From contig MU006098.1 in assembly GCA_010093705.1 (NCBI GenBank), positions 293,981 through 357,980 of the forward strand: a stretch of DNA of 64,000 nucleotides, written 5' to 3'. Shown one piece after another: positions 1 to 11,383 of the stretch (position 1 is its first letter; each line of letters begins with the position of its first letter). The position numbers were made by a program, and so were the translations under genes. Under the pieces are notes generated by a model. It had not been told where the DNA came from. It did not search any database and saw nothing but the letters and a program-made list of their open reading frames with translations. Source of the DNA: Patellaria atrata CBS 101060 (lineage: Eukaryota).

Positions 1-944
1 CAAACAACACTCCCGAGAAAGACTGTGCAGCTTAATGGATCAAGATGATCGAGCTTTTGAATGAAGGGGAGTATCCTATTTTCAGTGTCTTCCTCTTTGA
101 TCTTTAGAATGTAAGTCAAGACAAAGAGAACTACCGCGCCTATTGGGAGATTACTGACTCGGTTAACATAGTACATAGGGTCATGGTCGCTGCGCGGAAC
201 TTACATCCAGAAGCACCATCTCCAAGTGCTTTTCTCTGTAAAGACACCACCAAGCGGAGGTCCCGCTCCGATCGATATCGCGAAAACACTCGCTACGATA
301 GAGAAGTAGATTGGACGTTGCTCTAACACGATGACTTTCCCAACAATCGCTAGAGCACCCTGAAAGATTCCAGCACCTCCCAATCCCGCAACTGCTCTTC
401 CGATGATGAAAAGATTCGAAGAAGTTGCCGCCGCACAGATTATTGATCCCACTAGAGTAGGTTAGTACTTTTGAATTCGAAACCTCTAAAGTGGTCGTTT
501 ACCTTCAAACACAAGGATAGACATGCTGTACACTAATTTTGTGTCGAAGAACTTATACAGCGATCCGTATATGGGTTGAAAAGCTGTCGAAGTGACCAGA
601 TATGCCGTCCCATACCAAGCAACATCTTCCAATGAATGAAAATCTGAGATGATCTTTGGTACAGCAACTGTAATGATATGTGTATCAAGAGCGACTAAAA
701 AGACACCAAAAAAGAGACACGCAATGACAATGTATAGGCGCCATGATGTGAGGTATTGGGACTCTGTAGCTTCTGGCTCTGGTGTAGGGTTTAATGCTGC
801 CAGTGACCCCTTAGACAGATTGCTCTTTGCTGCTGGAAATGTCGTTCCCTCAAGGGAGTCGTTGCTCGGTTTCCTGGATCCATGGGGTCGACTAAGAGTT
901 TCGTTGCTCGGGGTAGGAGATTCCAGTATCCCAACCGACTTCAT
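1..944 (-). CDS. MFS drug/toxin efflux transporter (DHA2, 14-TM type), 3' end runs off the window
   Basis: Exons 944-503, 451-205 and 153-1 with GT-AG introns. Motifs FLVALDTHII..AVPKI, WYGTAYL, QPIYGSLYK, IIGRAVAGLGGAG, GPPLGGVFT, WRWCFWINLPIG. An alternative upstream in-frame ATG lies at 1007. Confidence 0.93.
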
Positions 945-1739
945 CGTCACAGATGTTTGCAACCTAGAAGCTATTTTGCAGCGGGAAGAGAGGTCCTTTA
1001 CCTCCATGATCCAGAATTGGATGTGATTGTGACGACGTCGCGCTTAACACCCTGGAGAGGCTGGTCATGCAGGTTGTATAGATTTTAATGATGCGGCTGT
1101 ACAAAATATAATGTATCGAACCCTCAGAATAGATATCAATTCGTCGGTTGAGATTTCTAGAATATCTGCCCGATTGGGCTCAGTGCCGGAGGTCGGAGAC
1201 ATCCCAGTAGCTAGCTCTAATGCTTACATGCATGTAGCTAGAGCATTTTACAGGGAGGCGGTGCCTTACCACCCGCTATCATGGATGGGCCCTAACGAAA
1301 ACCGTAAGCATCAGAGCACTGGTTATATATAAATTGCAGACTAACGCATCTGCGTTACTGTTGATGTCCCTTACAGTAAAGTTGGTCTGTGCGTCTAGAT
1401 GGGACCGCTTTGGCGCTTGGTGTAACTACGAATCAGCCGTACATCCCGCCCCCAGGTATCATTAGTCAATCCAAAAATCCAACAGAGAGAAGATAATGTG
1501 TGGAGCCCCATAACGGCCTATGTTCTTGTCCTTGTTGAGAAGAAGCTGAGAACTGAGACCGCTAGGTTACTATCATAAAGGTTATTGAACGATATCTCTG
1601 CCAAGTCAATCGATAACGTGGTTGCTTAGGAGCTGTGATAGGTTGGGTAGTGTAGAAGTTCTCCCAGTGCAGTATGTATGCAAACGTAGTAGACTCGGGT
1701 TTTTAGTAACTGCTTCAAGTATACCATATGATTGTTCAC

Positions 1740-2850
1740 AGCCATGTGCACCTGATCTTTAAACGATCAAGGGCAGCCTTTGGGGCGAGTATCTTGAACT
1801 TGGTATCATTAATCATACTCAATAGCCTTTTTTGAGCTTTTTGAGCGCTCACGTCCTGGTTAAAGAAGATGCTGACCGATGCTCTCTTGAAAGGTCAGCT
1901 AAGACAGCGATGTATTCAACTTGAGAGAATCTCCCGGATTAATTCTAGAATTCTTCGAGCCAGGGATAGACGTGCCTAGTATGCCTAATAAGATCCTTTC
2001 TGCTTGAAGGGTGGAAGTGTTAGCTGCGTTTGTCTAGGTCTAACGGTTCGGTTTCGAGTCAGAGCGTCAGTCCAGTATTCAGGATGTGTCTTAACGGCGA
2101 GAATGATGATAGAAACAAGCAGTTCGCGGTGAAAATAAAATTTGAAGGCTGTCAATCTGCAAGTGCTGTTGAGATTTGATCCATCTCATTGCAAGGGAAC
2201 TCTGGGGTATAGCGGAACGTCTCAAGCTATATAACATAAGTAAATCCTTCTTACTTGACAGAATAATACTCACTATGACCGCACTGCATCTCTTTGAATT
2301 CGGGGAAATGTTACTATGATTCCATTCATATCCTTCTCCAGTCTTTCGCGATTTCTTGACCTTCGCCCGAAACCCATTCTTGAACTTCAGAATGCGGAAC
2401 GAGGGGTATCAAAGGATATACCAGCGCGTAGGTAGACGTATGTAGCCAGTTCCGCCAGCAAAATTGATCGCGAATATATTCCAAATACTTCGTCAAGAGC
2501 ACTTTCGAAGGCATCCGGCGAGCTCATGGTTTGCCTTAGTATCCTCTTTAGTTCGAAGGTCCATAGCTCGCACGAGACGAAAATGCCATTAAACGCTTAG
2601 ATTTCTTCCCACCGTGATCTAAGCGTCTAGTTTCTCATCTAGTAACTGGTCTATACGCAGATTAGTTGCTCTGCGTATCTTACGGAGTGGCTTTGATAGG
2701 AGGACTCCGAAAGATACAGATGAAAGACGACTATAAGAAGGAGGATGTGATGGAATACGGTCTACAAGTCACCTCCACGGTAGGAAGAGACTCCTTAGGA
2801 CGTTGACCAGCACTATAAAACCTGTACGAAATAAGAGCGTCCATACATGG
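1740..2850 (-). pseudogene. Degenerate cytochrome P450 pseudogene (may extend upstream to ~3330)
   Basis: Frameshifted minus-strand remnants in P450 order: DEVFG-IFAINFAG (I helix), HSEVQEWV, RCSAVI|LETFRYTP (ExxR across GT-AG intron 2227-2273), THPEYWTDAL, a destroyed heme loop, then RFSQVEYIAVLA. Many stops and indels. Confidence 0.75.
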
Positions 2851-3705
2851 GGCTCTAGGACTATCCATATGAGGTCCAGGGGACCAACAGGCGATCGAAG
2901 AAGACATATCTTCAACAAACAAGACGCGTCTACAGTTGATTTTCATATGGAATCGTTTCAAACAAGAAAAGCGAGGGCGCGGTCAGAACAGAAGAATCAT
3001 CTTAGGAGAAATGAAACGCCCCCGTAGTGTCAATGAGACTCAATCGACCAGATGAAATATCTTTTATAAACGTACGTAACTAAGAATCCCTATGACTAGG
3101 TAGCTTGATGAAACAGCCAACTTCGTCATTCTTGTGAGTCGAATGAAAATCAGGACCAATTTTCATGGAACGACGAAGTGGATCTCATTTAGAGTGTGCT
3201 CCCTCAATTGACGTGCCAAAGCTCTTGGACAAGTCAGACTACTCCCAGCAGATGATTCGACCTTGCAGCTGATACTGAAGGATGGTATTTTGATGCACAG
3301 AGCAGTGGTTCATCCAGGTCATCGATTTTGAGTGCCTCCAGTCTTGGGGTTCTGTCACCGCTTCCAGAAGGTTAACCCAGGCTGTTAGCGCTTCAAAATT
3401 CGGCGCTCCGGCCTCCGACACAGTTACTACAACCCTAAAGGTTCTCCCAGCTCTTTCAAAATAAATTCGCTGACATATTGCAACTTCCAGACCATCATCA
3501 TTTTCGCTTTTCATATCTTTAGAATTATCTAGCCTATCAAGCTAACATCAACGGTGAGTTTGTATCGGATTTTCCACAGTTTCAGGGCTTTCATCATGGA
3601 TGAATTAAAGTCCCGAACGCCATGAACATAAGTCCAGATGGTAAAATATTCAACATGGGATTCATCATTATAATGTGTAACTAAAACAAGGTGAACCTCT
3701 GACTC

Positions 3706-5641
3706 CTATCGTAATTTTCTCTCAGCAATCTTCAAGATGATATCATCTCCTTCCACCTGCTTTGAGATTCCCAAGCTCGGTTTTCCGTGATCCAGACGAG
3801 GGAATGGTTTACCCTTGACTCCTAACACTTCTGCACCCTCATTGACAAGCTGAATGTCATATCTCCAAAGTATAAAAGCGATGAACGCTAATGTTTCATG
3901 TCTTCCAACAACTCTTCCGGAACAAAGAGTCACACCACCACCGAAAGGCCGATAGTCCTCAGAACGCTCGAGGGATTTATCCTTCAAAAACCTGTAAAAG
4001 TCAATTTCATCTGCATTGTCCCCAAAGGAACTTTTCGACATATGCGCAAGTCGTTGCGGCATAAGGACTTTGGTACCCTTTGCTAGAACCTTATTATCGA
4101 TAACCGCCGGTTGCTTAACTTCGAGGATGGTGCTTCCAGTGGAAACGACTCGTGTCATCTCATTGAATGCAGAATTCAAAAGTGGACATTTATCAATCAG
4201 TTGACTCTTGGACATCTCCGCTAGAGTAGGGCCAGTAATATCCTTCAACTCGTCAATTGACTCCATTGCAAAAGCAATCTCTTTGCGAATGTCGTCTATC
4301 ACCTCCGGCTGCTTTAGAAGGTTGCCTAGCATCCAGAAAGCTAACATCGGTGCGTTTGCATTGATGCTGAAGTCAAATATTAGGCTCGCATATATAGAAA
4401 GAGATTACTGTTTTAAAAGAAAGTTGCTTACCCCCATAAAACCATTAATAACGTTCGAGCTATATCTTCTGTACTCAACCCTCCCTGCTTCTTCTCAGCT
4501 TCAACTTCGTTAATTAAAGGTACTGTGCTCCTTGTTGGTCGCTCATCTACTGGAGTATCAAAATACTGTTTTAATGCTTTGATGAGCTTGTCCCTAGGTT
4601 CTATGGCCGCTTTCGCAAGGAATGGTGGATATTGGTAAGTCATCATCCACGCATTATCATCCCAAGCGTCCATTAACGTCGTAAAGTTAGGCTCAATATC
4701 CCGAAGATACTGCCCAAAGAATGCCTGCGTTTGGCAATCGACAAGCACATCTCGGCACCAACGATAAGCTGATACCACTCGCGCATCACCCTCCGAGGAG
4801 AGTATTGTACTCGGGAAGAATGAATTCCAGCGGGTATAACGTTCAATTTCATAAAGGACTGTTCCAATCAGATCATGCAAACGTGCTGGTTGTAACAGCT
4901 GCTTGTGAACAAGATCACTACAGGTATGAACCAAAACTTTCTGCTTAGGATTGGGATATAGTGACTTAAAGCCATCTTTTGGGGAACGCCACAACGCAGT
5001 CCTTCCCTCGGATGAGACGTTGGCGACGCCGGAATACAATGTATCAATGAAAGGATCAAAGCTGAAGGATGAGGTATCCTTGTAGATCTGATGAACATGC
5101 TTAGGGTTGCTAATTACCGCTAGTTTCTCTCCCGCAACGTAGAGAATGAATGGCTTCATGGAGTTGCCGAAGTAAGAACTATTTTTCGTCATCAGTCTAT
5201 GCTATGTCATCAGGTCTATACATGTTGACTAACCATCCTCGAGCGTAAAGAGCATTTGAATTGTTGAAGAAAGAAACTGCATGACCTTTGAGTATGGTGT
5301 TAGTTCGACATTCCCATCGATCAAGTTATTGTATCGGGGGTCATTGCTAATGTGAGTCTATAGCTCTGCCAATAAGAATATAACGAATTATCTTACATAC
5401 CGACGACTAGCAGAATATTAGCATCGCAGAACTAGCTAAGACGTATAAGGAACTCACAAGGGACCCAATAAGGTAAATAGTCAAGCTCTTGCGGTCTCAA
5501 AGTAGGGCGAATTGTGAACGACCAAAACCTCCACACAAAGTAACTCAAAAACGGGAACGCGACATAGCTCAACCACGAAGGATGATTTCCCCGAATGTCC
5601 TGGAGGTTGATGGCCGAAAAGGGGAAAAGATCGGAAATCAT
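3706..5641 (-). CDS. Cytochrome P450, CYP7/CYP8-like
   Basis: Exons 5641-5458, 5406-5401 (6-nt micro-exon), 5285-5234, 5178-4432 and 4366-3706. N-terminal TM, PYWVPFVGHA, I helix LWGINANAP, ExxR EMTR, heme motif PFGGGVTLCSGR. Confidence 0.93.
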
Positions 5642-7094
5642 GGCGTGCCAGAGGTGAGTATGGTGAGAATGAACAATGTGTGGAAGCAGTTTCGTATTAC
5701 AATATGTGTGGCCACTCTATTTGATTCTTCGCAATCACTCCATATTTTCTTCGATCACAATAATAGACACTAATGAGAGTTTGAAGTCTTGAAGCCCTAT
5801 GAATATGCGGCTTCGTAAGAGTACTAACGTAGTAAGGTAACGCCTGGGTCGCGCCGCTCAGCCTCCCGCATATCTTTGAACGCCTAAACGGTCTTGGCAT
5901 ATCACGTTTAGAACCAATAGAGCGAAAGCAAGGGATGTTGTGAGCTTACATGCAGTAAGTAAGCGCAACCGAGTAGTAGGGAGCTAGATATCTTGCAGAA
6001 TGATTTTGCTAGGGCTGAGCAGGTTTTTGTTCTCAGCTAATCCAAAGTAACACAAGTTCACCCCGGAGTTGCACGGAGTACGGACATACAGTGCTACAGT
6101 TCTTCCAATTGTTCTTCAGAGTAGGCAACAGATTATTTCAACGACACCAATCGATTTGTCTAGAGATGCCGCTGTCGAAAGTTCCATGTTCGCACCTGGG
6201 ATGCCATAGATGATTTACTGCCGGTTAAAACATTTAGTGGATACACTAGGCAGCTCAATTTCTCAAAAGCATATACCAAAGCCACAAACAAGATAGATGT
6301 CTCGACAAGCTTTCTCGGGATCTAGGAAGTTTCTTTTGGGGCTGATACAGAAATCGGCCTTAATATAATTCCAACCGCAGCGAGCTTTGAAGTGTATCAG
6401 GTTATAGCTTTTGGAAAGGTGGAGCTTGAGATATCGAATTTCTGAACTACGGTCCAACCAGCGTGTCTCTCACCCTGGTTCCTCCCTGACCAAATGTCCC
6501 CTGCGCGATATCTCTAATGCTCCTGCTGATGGTTCGGCGTTACGGCCTTTGCTGCGCAGCGGCATATACTCTCCGGGACAATTCTCTCCAGTCCCCACGC
6601 TTCGTACTCAGGGGCAGTCACTAATTGGGCAGTTCAGATGCAACGTTCCAGTATGAACCAGCCCCAACACTCATACTTGTATCCCGGTAGCCAAATTTAG
6701 GAGGACTTTTGATATGGCGGATCGTTGGCCCCTTGCTGTCCTTTTCTTGCCCACAAACATGTGAAGTAATCACAGCACTCTCGTTCTGGCCGCCCAAATG
6801 AAGTCATTGGACCGTATAGTTGGAACACGTAAGGAGATATTGCTACATCCGTACACAGCTGTACCGAGATCTTAAACATAGGTCTTTTTGACGCCAACAA
6901 ATGCTCACTCGAGGGCGGGAAAGGGTGTGGCCAATTGCCTGAAGTCTATTTTCACTATAGGCTATCTGCTAAGACGGCCATTTTCATAGAGGAGAAAATG
7001 GCGGCGCGGAAGTACCGGTAATATTTATCAACCAGAGCTATCCCCAAGTTGTATTCAGAAGTACTCGTCTTCGGATCAGGATTTTCTTTTGAAC

Positions 7095-9005
7095 ATGAAT
7101 CAATTCAGCATGAATCAGTTCAACATGAACTCAAACATGACGTTCACCATTGAAAAGACCTTTGTGTCATATGAAGACGTTAATGTTGAGCTTCCGTCGC
7201 CGTGGTTGCTCGACCACTTCGTTCTCTCTCTTCTCTTGCCGATTTCATTATTGGTCTACTATTCATATTGGACATCGAACATCAACCGAAAACCAAAAGT
7301 CCGAAGACCATTTACGGTACCATATACCGTACCAATTTTAAAAAGTACTTTTCGATTTTTCTTCAAAGGAGGTGACATCTTCCTTTACACTGCGTAAGAT
7401 CCAGCATCCGGGTTTTGATTCTGCTGTGTTACTCACGAACCATCTAGCCGGTATCTACGTGACCAAGCAGCTGTCCGTCTTGCATTATTCAACCAAGATA
7501 TCTACTTGATCCATGGGGCGAAAAATATCAATGAGATCTTTCAAAATCAGCAATTCACCGTGGTGTGGGCGTACGGTATTGCTCTGCGATCATGTTTTGG
7601 CATGGGCCGCAAAGCCGTCTCAATGTACTTCAACGACACTTCTGGATCTCGCACAAAACCGATCCCGGGGAGCAACATCGCACCGCATAACAGGGTCGGC
7701 TACAAGACCCATGAGAACATCCTTCATGGGATTCTCGGAGCCGGTCACGTACATGCTTTCAATCGCTACGAAAACGCAATATTCAAGGAACTGAACGGCC
7801 TTGAAATCGGGGATGAGTGGGTCGAATATCCCGATTTCACGGACTTTTACCACGACAGCGTGGGAACATGTATTCTAAGAATGCTTTACGGACCCACCAT
7901 TTCCGAGGACCCGGTTTTCAACCGAAATCTCTGGAAGTACGACTCTTGGGTCATGAGTCTTGCAAAGCGTCTCCCAAGGTTTCTCATCCCGGAGGCATAT
8001 CGATTGAGAGACTACATGCTAGGAGCTCTCAAAAATTGGCATGCACTTGCCAGAGAAGGTAGCAAGAATGCGATTTACGATAGAGAAGCCGATTCTGACC
8101 CCTTTTGGGGACGAAAAATGATGCGGGAACGACATGAAATGCAACTTACCATCGATAACCAAGACTACGACTCTATAGCCTCCGCGGAATTAGCCATGGT
8201 TTGGGCATCAGTTGCGAATATTGTACCATCGACAATGTCTTTAGCACTACATGTCTTCCTTGATAAACCCGCACTTGCGGATATCCGCACATCGGTAGCA
8301 AGCACGGTTGAGCCAGGAGAAAGACTGAAATTCGACATCCGAAAACTCGAAAAGCAAAATCTTCTTCTTTCGATGTATGCAGAGACGTTACGCTTCACCG
8401 TTCAATTGCACGTCCCACGCTGTTCCCCTTACGAAGACGTCACAATCGGCGGCGTCTCCATCCCCAACGGTCAAGCAATGGTGATAAACACCTGGCTCGC
8501 GCACACAGACGAGGACTCTTGGGACACCCGCAATGGCGCCTACCCTCTAACTTCATTCTGGGGGAAACGATTTCTCGTCGACCCCAAAGACCCATCTAGC
8601 GGTCCAGGTCACAAAAAGCCCAAAACAGCGCCTAGCGACACTCAATCTAACGAGCATTACTTCTCCACATATGGACTTGAGGGCGCTTGGATACCATATG
8701 GAGGTGAGTTTATGATTTTCGTCTTTTCGAATCCTTTGAGCTTTTTGTTCCTTTTTGGAAGGATTCAATGCTGATACTGCACCCCAGGTGGTCTGAACGC
8801 GTGCCCGGGCCGCATCATCGCGAAGCAGATCATGCTTGTCTCGTGCGCTATGATGTGCACGATGTTCGACGTGGAGATTTTGGCAGATGCTAAGGCGTTG
8901 GAATTCTCCACGTCGAGGTTTGGATTCGGGACCAGGAGACCGGTGGGCAAGGTACCGTTTAGGATCAGGCGGCGGCAGATACCCGACTTCGAGACTGATA
9001 GATGA
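7095..9005 (+). CDS. Cytochrome P450, CYP7/CYP8-like
   Basis: Exons 7095-7393, 7448-8703 and 8788-9005. N-terminal TM, I helix VWASVANIVP, ExxR ETLR, heme motif WIPYGG|GLNACPGR split by intron 2. Four in-frame ATGs at the start, so the true start is uncertain. Confidence 0.93.
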
Positions 9006-9937
9006 GCGAATAGAGTAGATCTACTTAAAGATTGTAACAGTAATAACGAAGATACGAATGTGAAATTCCAAATCCTAGAATGTTCTCGTGATGATAAGGC
9101 TAAGGTGCTGCGAGGCCCTCGCCAACACAGGCAACATACGTAGAAGAACATGGCCGTAGTTCTAGCTCGGAACGACGAAAATTAAAAAGTACCGATACAT
9201 CAGAAGCAGAACTAGCGTTGTACCCACGATAATCGCCCCAAAAAGTCCCCATCAGGCAATTGGATCTCGGGTCCATTCCACCACACAGCAGACACCCACA
9301 CCCAAAATCCCCGTCGATATTAAAGACGCAAGCTTTCGTGGTTGTTGGAACGCACTCACCCAACACAGCCCCATGCGTGAGCCCTGTCTGTCGGTGGAGT
9401 CGAACGCCCCAAGCGGTTGGGGCCAAGGAAGCCCGGAAGAACACCCAAAAACGGCCACTTAGCGAATTGCGACTGCCCTACCGTAACAAATTGTCGTTAG
9501 GGCGGCTTACATACCCGCGCCGATTACGGGTGCTAAAAACGGGTGTGCAAATCAGGGCTCCTTGCTTGTGGTTTGGGGGGTTGGGTGCGCTGGAGCCAAC
9601 GGTATGCTGGTGTCGCTGCATGCAAGGGATGGACTGGAGATGGGGGAGTACTAAACGTGGTGCCCCTGGTCCCTGGAGCTTTGGGGCTGGGTGCGTGTGC
9701 GTGCTGTGGGTGGTGTTTGGTGTTCATCTAAATGTATGCGGAGGCCGATATGGGAAATGCTGGGGGGAGAGCGTTCTGCTTACTAGTGAATTGGCCCGCT
9801 TACTTACTTCTATGAGGTATTTCCACTTTTTGCGGAGGTTTGGATCGCGGAGTACCTTCGTCTGGAATCTGTGGAGGTAGCCTTTTTTTTCCCCTGGGAA
9901 TAGAAGAGTTTCATTGAGTTGACAAGTCGTTGGCAAT

Positions 9938-11383
9938 ATGGCACGATCTGTTGATAATATCAGTAGGATACCTAGACAAACATTCCTTGTAGGTTATAGC
10001 CATAAGGTCATGAAATCACTCCGCTGACATGAAAGATCTCAACTTCTGCTCTTCTAGCAGTATCTCTACTGGCGATTGTTGTTCGGTTTTACATCCGGAT
10101 AGCTATTCAAAAACAATTTTCCATTGACGATGGCTTCATTATCATAGCTCTTTGCTGTCTGATAGTGGCATATACACTGATAGTAATGTTCATTCTACCG
10201 AATATGTATGTCTCCTGGGCCGTGAAATACCCTGATGAAACGGCTGGAATCGTGCTCCCAGACAACTGGCTCGAGATGACCTTCGACTTTCACAAATGGG
10301 CCGCAGTTGTCAATATAACTCTTTGGACCGGAATCTTGGCCATCAAGTTCAGTTTCTTGTTCTTCTTCCGCAATCTGATAAGTCGAATCCGATCGATGAC
10401 TGTTTATTGGTGGATTGTCTTTGTTTTCACCGTCGGAACGCTCGGATATGGCATTTCGGTTTATATCATAACCTGTCCTCACTTTTACTCCTTCGCGATC
10501 TGTGAGTTAAATCAATTCTAAGGAGCTGGTACTTGTTGACTGACTGGATCGTAGTGGAATGCAACACTTCGGCAGGAAACCACCTGATATTTTCTCATGC
10601 GGCAGCTCAGATGGTACTCGATATCATTGGAGATGTTATGAGTAAGTTTCAACAACCTCGTCCCCTCAGGATAATTCTAACAAATGTACAGTCGTGCTCA
10701 TTCCAATTCGAATAATTTGGATCATCAAGGTGTCCTGGATGCAAAAGATAGTCCTTGCAGTTTCCCTATGCTTGACGATAGTGATAATGATAACGACCAT
10801 TATCCGAGTCAGTGGAATCCATCACGAAGGCTTAATTGACTTTATCTGGGCGCTCTACTGGTCTGTTATATCCGTGCAAATCGGTATCACCATGGCTGCA
10901 GCTGCAGCTTTCCGCGCCTTTTTCGTTGCCCGTAGAGAAGACACTCCACCATCGTCAGGTCCTCGGAAGCGCTGGTATTACGAAGCTAAGAAGCATTTCT
11001 GGCAGTCCTCGACACCAAAGGGATGGCGGTCAAAGCTTAATGCACTACCCTCGGTGGACGGCGAGGAACCCAAACAAGAACCTTTTATGAAAGAGCTACC
11101 TAAGATCCCCAGAGCATATATAACCGGAATTCGGACCTTTTTTAACGGTCAGGGCCGGTCGACGATTCCGAAAGGTGGTAGTCAGATGGAGAGCCAAATG
11201 ACGACGGCTAGTGATGATATCGAAACGTTGCCTTTCCGAGAGTACGGCATCCAAGTCACCCGGGATGTTTCAGCGAAGTCGGAGAGGTCATATAGCCCTC
11301 GAAATCCGGCATTTTACTCGTATACACCGAATAGTTCAAAAGACTCATATGCCACCAGCACAGTGAAGTCGACTGTTAGCTAG
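9938..11383 (+). CDS. PTH11-like / fungal rhodopsin-domain integral membrane protein (no CFEM)
   Basis: Exons 9938-9988, 10036-10501, 10555-10641 and 10692-11383. Motifs VRFYIR..FSIDDGF, IKFSFLFFFRNL, LDIIGDVMIVLIP, IIRVSG. About 7 TM helices and a disordered tail. Confidence 0.88.

Noticed and set aside
9100..9936. Overlapping ORFs up to 206 aa between the second P450 and the PTH11-like gene
   Set aside because: Low-complexity G-rich/C-rich intergenic sequence with no domain; more likely UTR and promoter.
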